Below, piece by piece: positions 62,927 through 64,000 of a stretch of 64,000 nucleotides of DNA. This DNA is from an uncultured Methanoregulaceae archaeon (GTDB lineage: Archaea > Halobacteriota > Methanomicrobia > Methanomicrobiales > Methanospirillaceae). The notes beneath the pieces were generated by a model that ran no database searches, was not told where the DNA came from, and saw nothing but the letters and a program-made list of their open reading frames with translations. Position 1 is the first letter of the stretch, and each line of letters begins with the position of its first letter. The stretch covers positions 512,001 to 576,000 of the forward strand of contig OY970061.1 of the NCBI GenBank assembly GCA_963705255.1, written 5' to 3'. Position numbers and translations under genes: made by a program.

Positions 62927-63208
62927 ATGCAGCAGCTGAAAGAGAACACAGTATTCGTCGGAAATAAACCGGTCATGAACTACGTCCTTGCCGTAGTCAC
63001 TCAGTTCAACAATGGTGCAGACGAGGTGGCGATCAAGGCACGGGGCAAGGCAATATCCCGTGCTGTCGATACCGCAGAGATCGCCCTGAACCGCTTCCTT
63101 GATGGAGTAACAAAGAAGGAGATCGTGACGTCGACCGAGATCATAGATACCGACTCCGGAAAGACCAATGTCTCGTCGATTGAGATAGTCCTTGCCAACA
63201 ACAAATGA
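62927..63208 (+). CDS. albA: DNA/RNA-binding protein Alba
   Basis: [30 protein letters not shown]. Confidence 0.96.
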   Translation: MQQLKENTVFVGNKPVMNYVLAVVTQFNNGADEVAIKARGKAISRAVDTAEIALNRFLDGVTKKEIVTSTEIIDTDSGKTNVSSIEIVLANNK

Positions 63209-63329
63209 TTTTTTTCACGGTCATCTGATATCTTCAGGGATTCCTGAATGACCTGCTGGGGTGATCATGTCCCTCGATCCGGGAACATACCCAAAACAAT
63301 TTAAATTGAATTCACGAATTTATTATGCC

Positions 63330-63809
63330 ATGCGAGCCCGTGCGGTCGCGCTTCTTATCCTGATATCTGTCTGCATAGTGGCTCCTGCTTTTGCGGCAAA
63401 TGAAGACCGGTACAGTTACATTACGGTTGAAGATGTCCAGATCCAGCTGGATAACGGGACCGCTCTGATTCACGTGAACTATACGGTCGATGAAGGGACC
63501 CGTTTCATATTCTTCTTATTCGGTAAACAGGATCTCAAGAACAAACTGCTCAAGATCCTCAATTATGATGACGCCCAGATGATACGTATCGACCTGAATA
63601 GTGCTGAATTTTCGGTGAACAATGCGTCGTTCTCATATGGAAACGGGATTTACTGGTATCCGTCGCATGATTTCAACGTGGTCATCCCCACCCTTACCGT
63701 CAAATCACCCCAGGTGACAAGAAATCTCACCATGGTGAATCAGTTCCCCGGTGGAATGGGATATTTTGCCCATGAAGGGATACCCCTGAATGTCTCGGGA
63801 TTGAAATAA
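63330..63809 (+). CDS. Secreted hypothetical protein
   Basis: Signal peptide MRARAVALLILISVCIVAPAFA; beta-rich body. Confidence 0.7.
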   Translation: MRARAVALLILISVCIVAPAFAANEDRYSYITVEDVQIQLDNGTALIHVNYTVDEGTRFIFFLFGKQDLKNKLLKILNYDDAQMIRIDLNSAEFSVNNASFSYGNGIYWYPSHDFNVVIPTLTVKSPQVTRNLTMVNQFPGGMGYFAHEGIPLNVSGLK

Positions 63810-64000
63810 GATCTTTTAGAATCTTACCTCCATGGCGATCGTGGAACTTTTTCTTAACCGGCTACTGTCTTAACCGGATACAGGCGCGCAGGGGGTGTTA
63901 CCGGGAGAATTTCCGGGAGCGTCGGATATATTCCGTGGCTGTTGTGTCGTGCACAACGGAGTTTTGTGCATGCCGGGTGGCGGGTTACAGGGATCCCTGA

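Noticed and set aside
1-64000. Transposase, integrase or reverse transcriptase for the repeat system
   Set aside because: No DDE, HUH/Y1, tyrosine or serine recombinase, IS110 or RT motifs were recognised in any ORF; any mobiliser must lie outside the window.
63816-64000. Partial gene at the right edge
   Set aside because: No convincing reading frame or motif in the available 185 nt.

Overview
This is an archaeal chromosome segment. Gene content (alaS, hisH, sirC-hemA/hemBLC-cobA, ppcA, cofE, psmB, aCPSF1/FttA, pcn-priL, rps17e-dapAB, asd, albA, tRNA-Gly(GCC)) points to a Methanomicrobiales (Methanoregula-like) methanogen; that placement is inference. Accessory material includes two AT-rich nuclease genes, five toxin-antitoxin pairs (several decayed), a Zn/Mn ABC transporter and a secreted adenosine deaminase. 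At least eight genes, including asd, carry single-base indels, so the assembly probably has indel errors. The most striking signal is non-coding: a hierarchical family of hairpin repeats. About 14 copies of a 46-61 nt two-hairpin mini-element (signature TCGAAGA-stem-loop-TCTTCTC plus a second hairpin with covarying stems) sit inside two larger palindromic host repeats and inside each other, mostly without target duplication and often at C^CCCC. One host repeat carries an AT-rich HNH nuclease gene in place of its usual ~30-36 bp spacer. No transposase or integrase is visible in the window. An unannotated 25-aa histone-H1-like micro-ORF with a strong SD sequence is also present. All protein calls come from motif recognition by eye; no searches were run.
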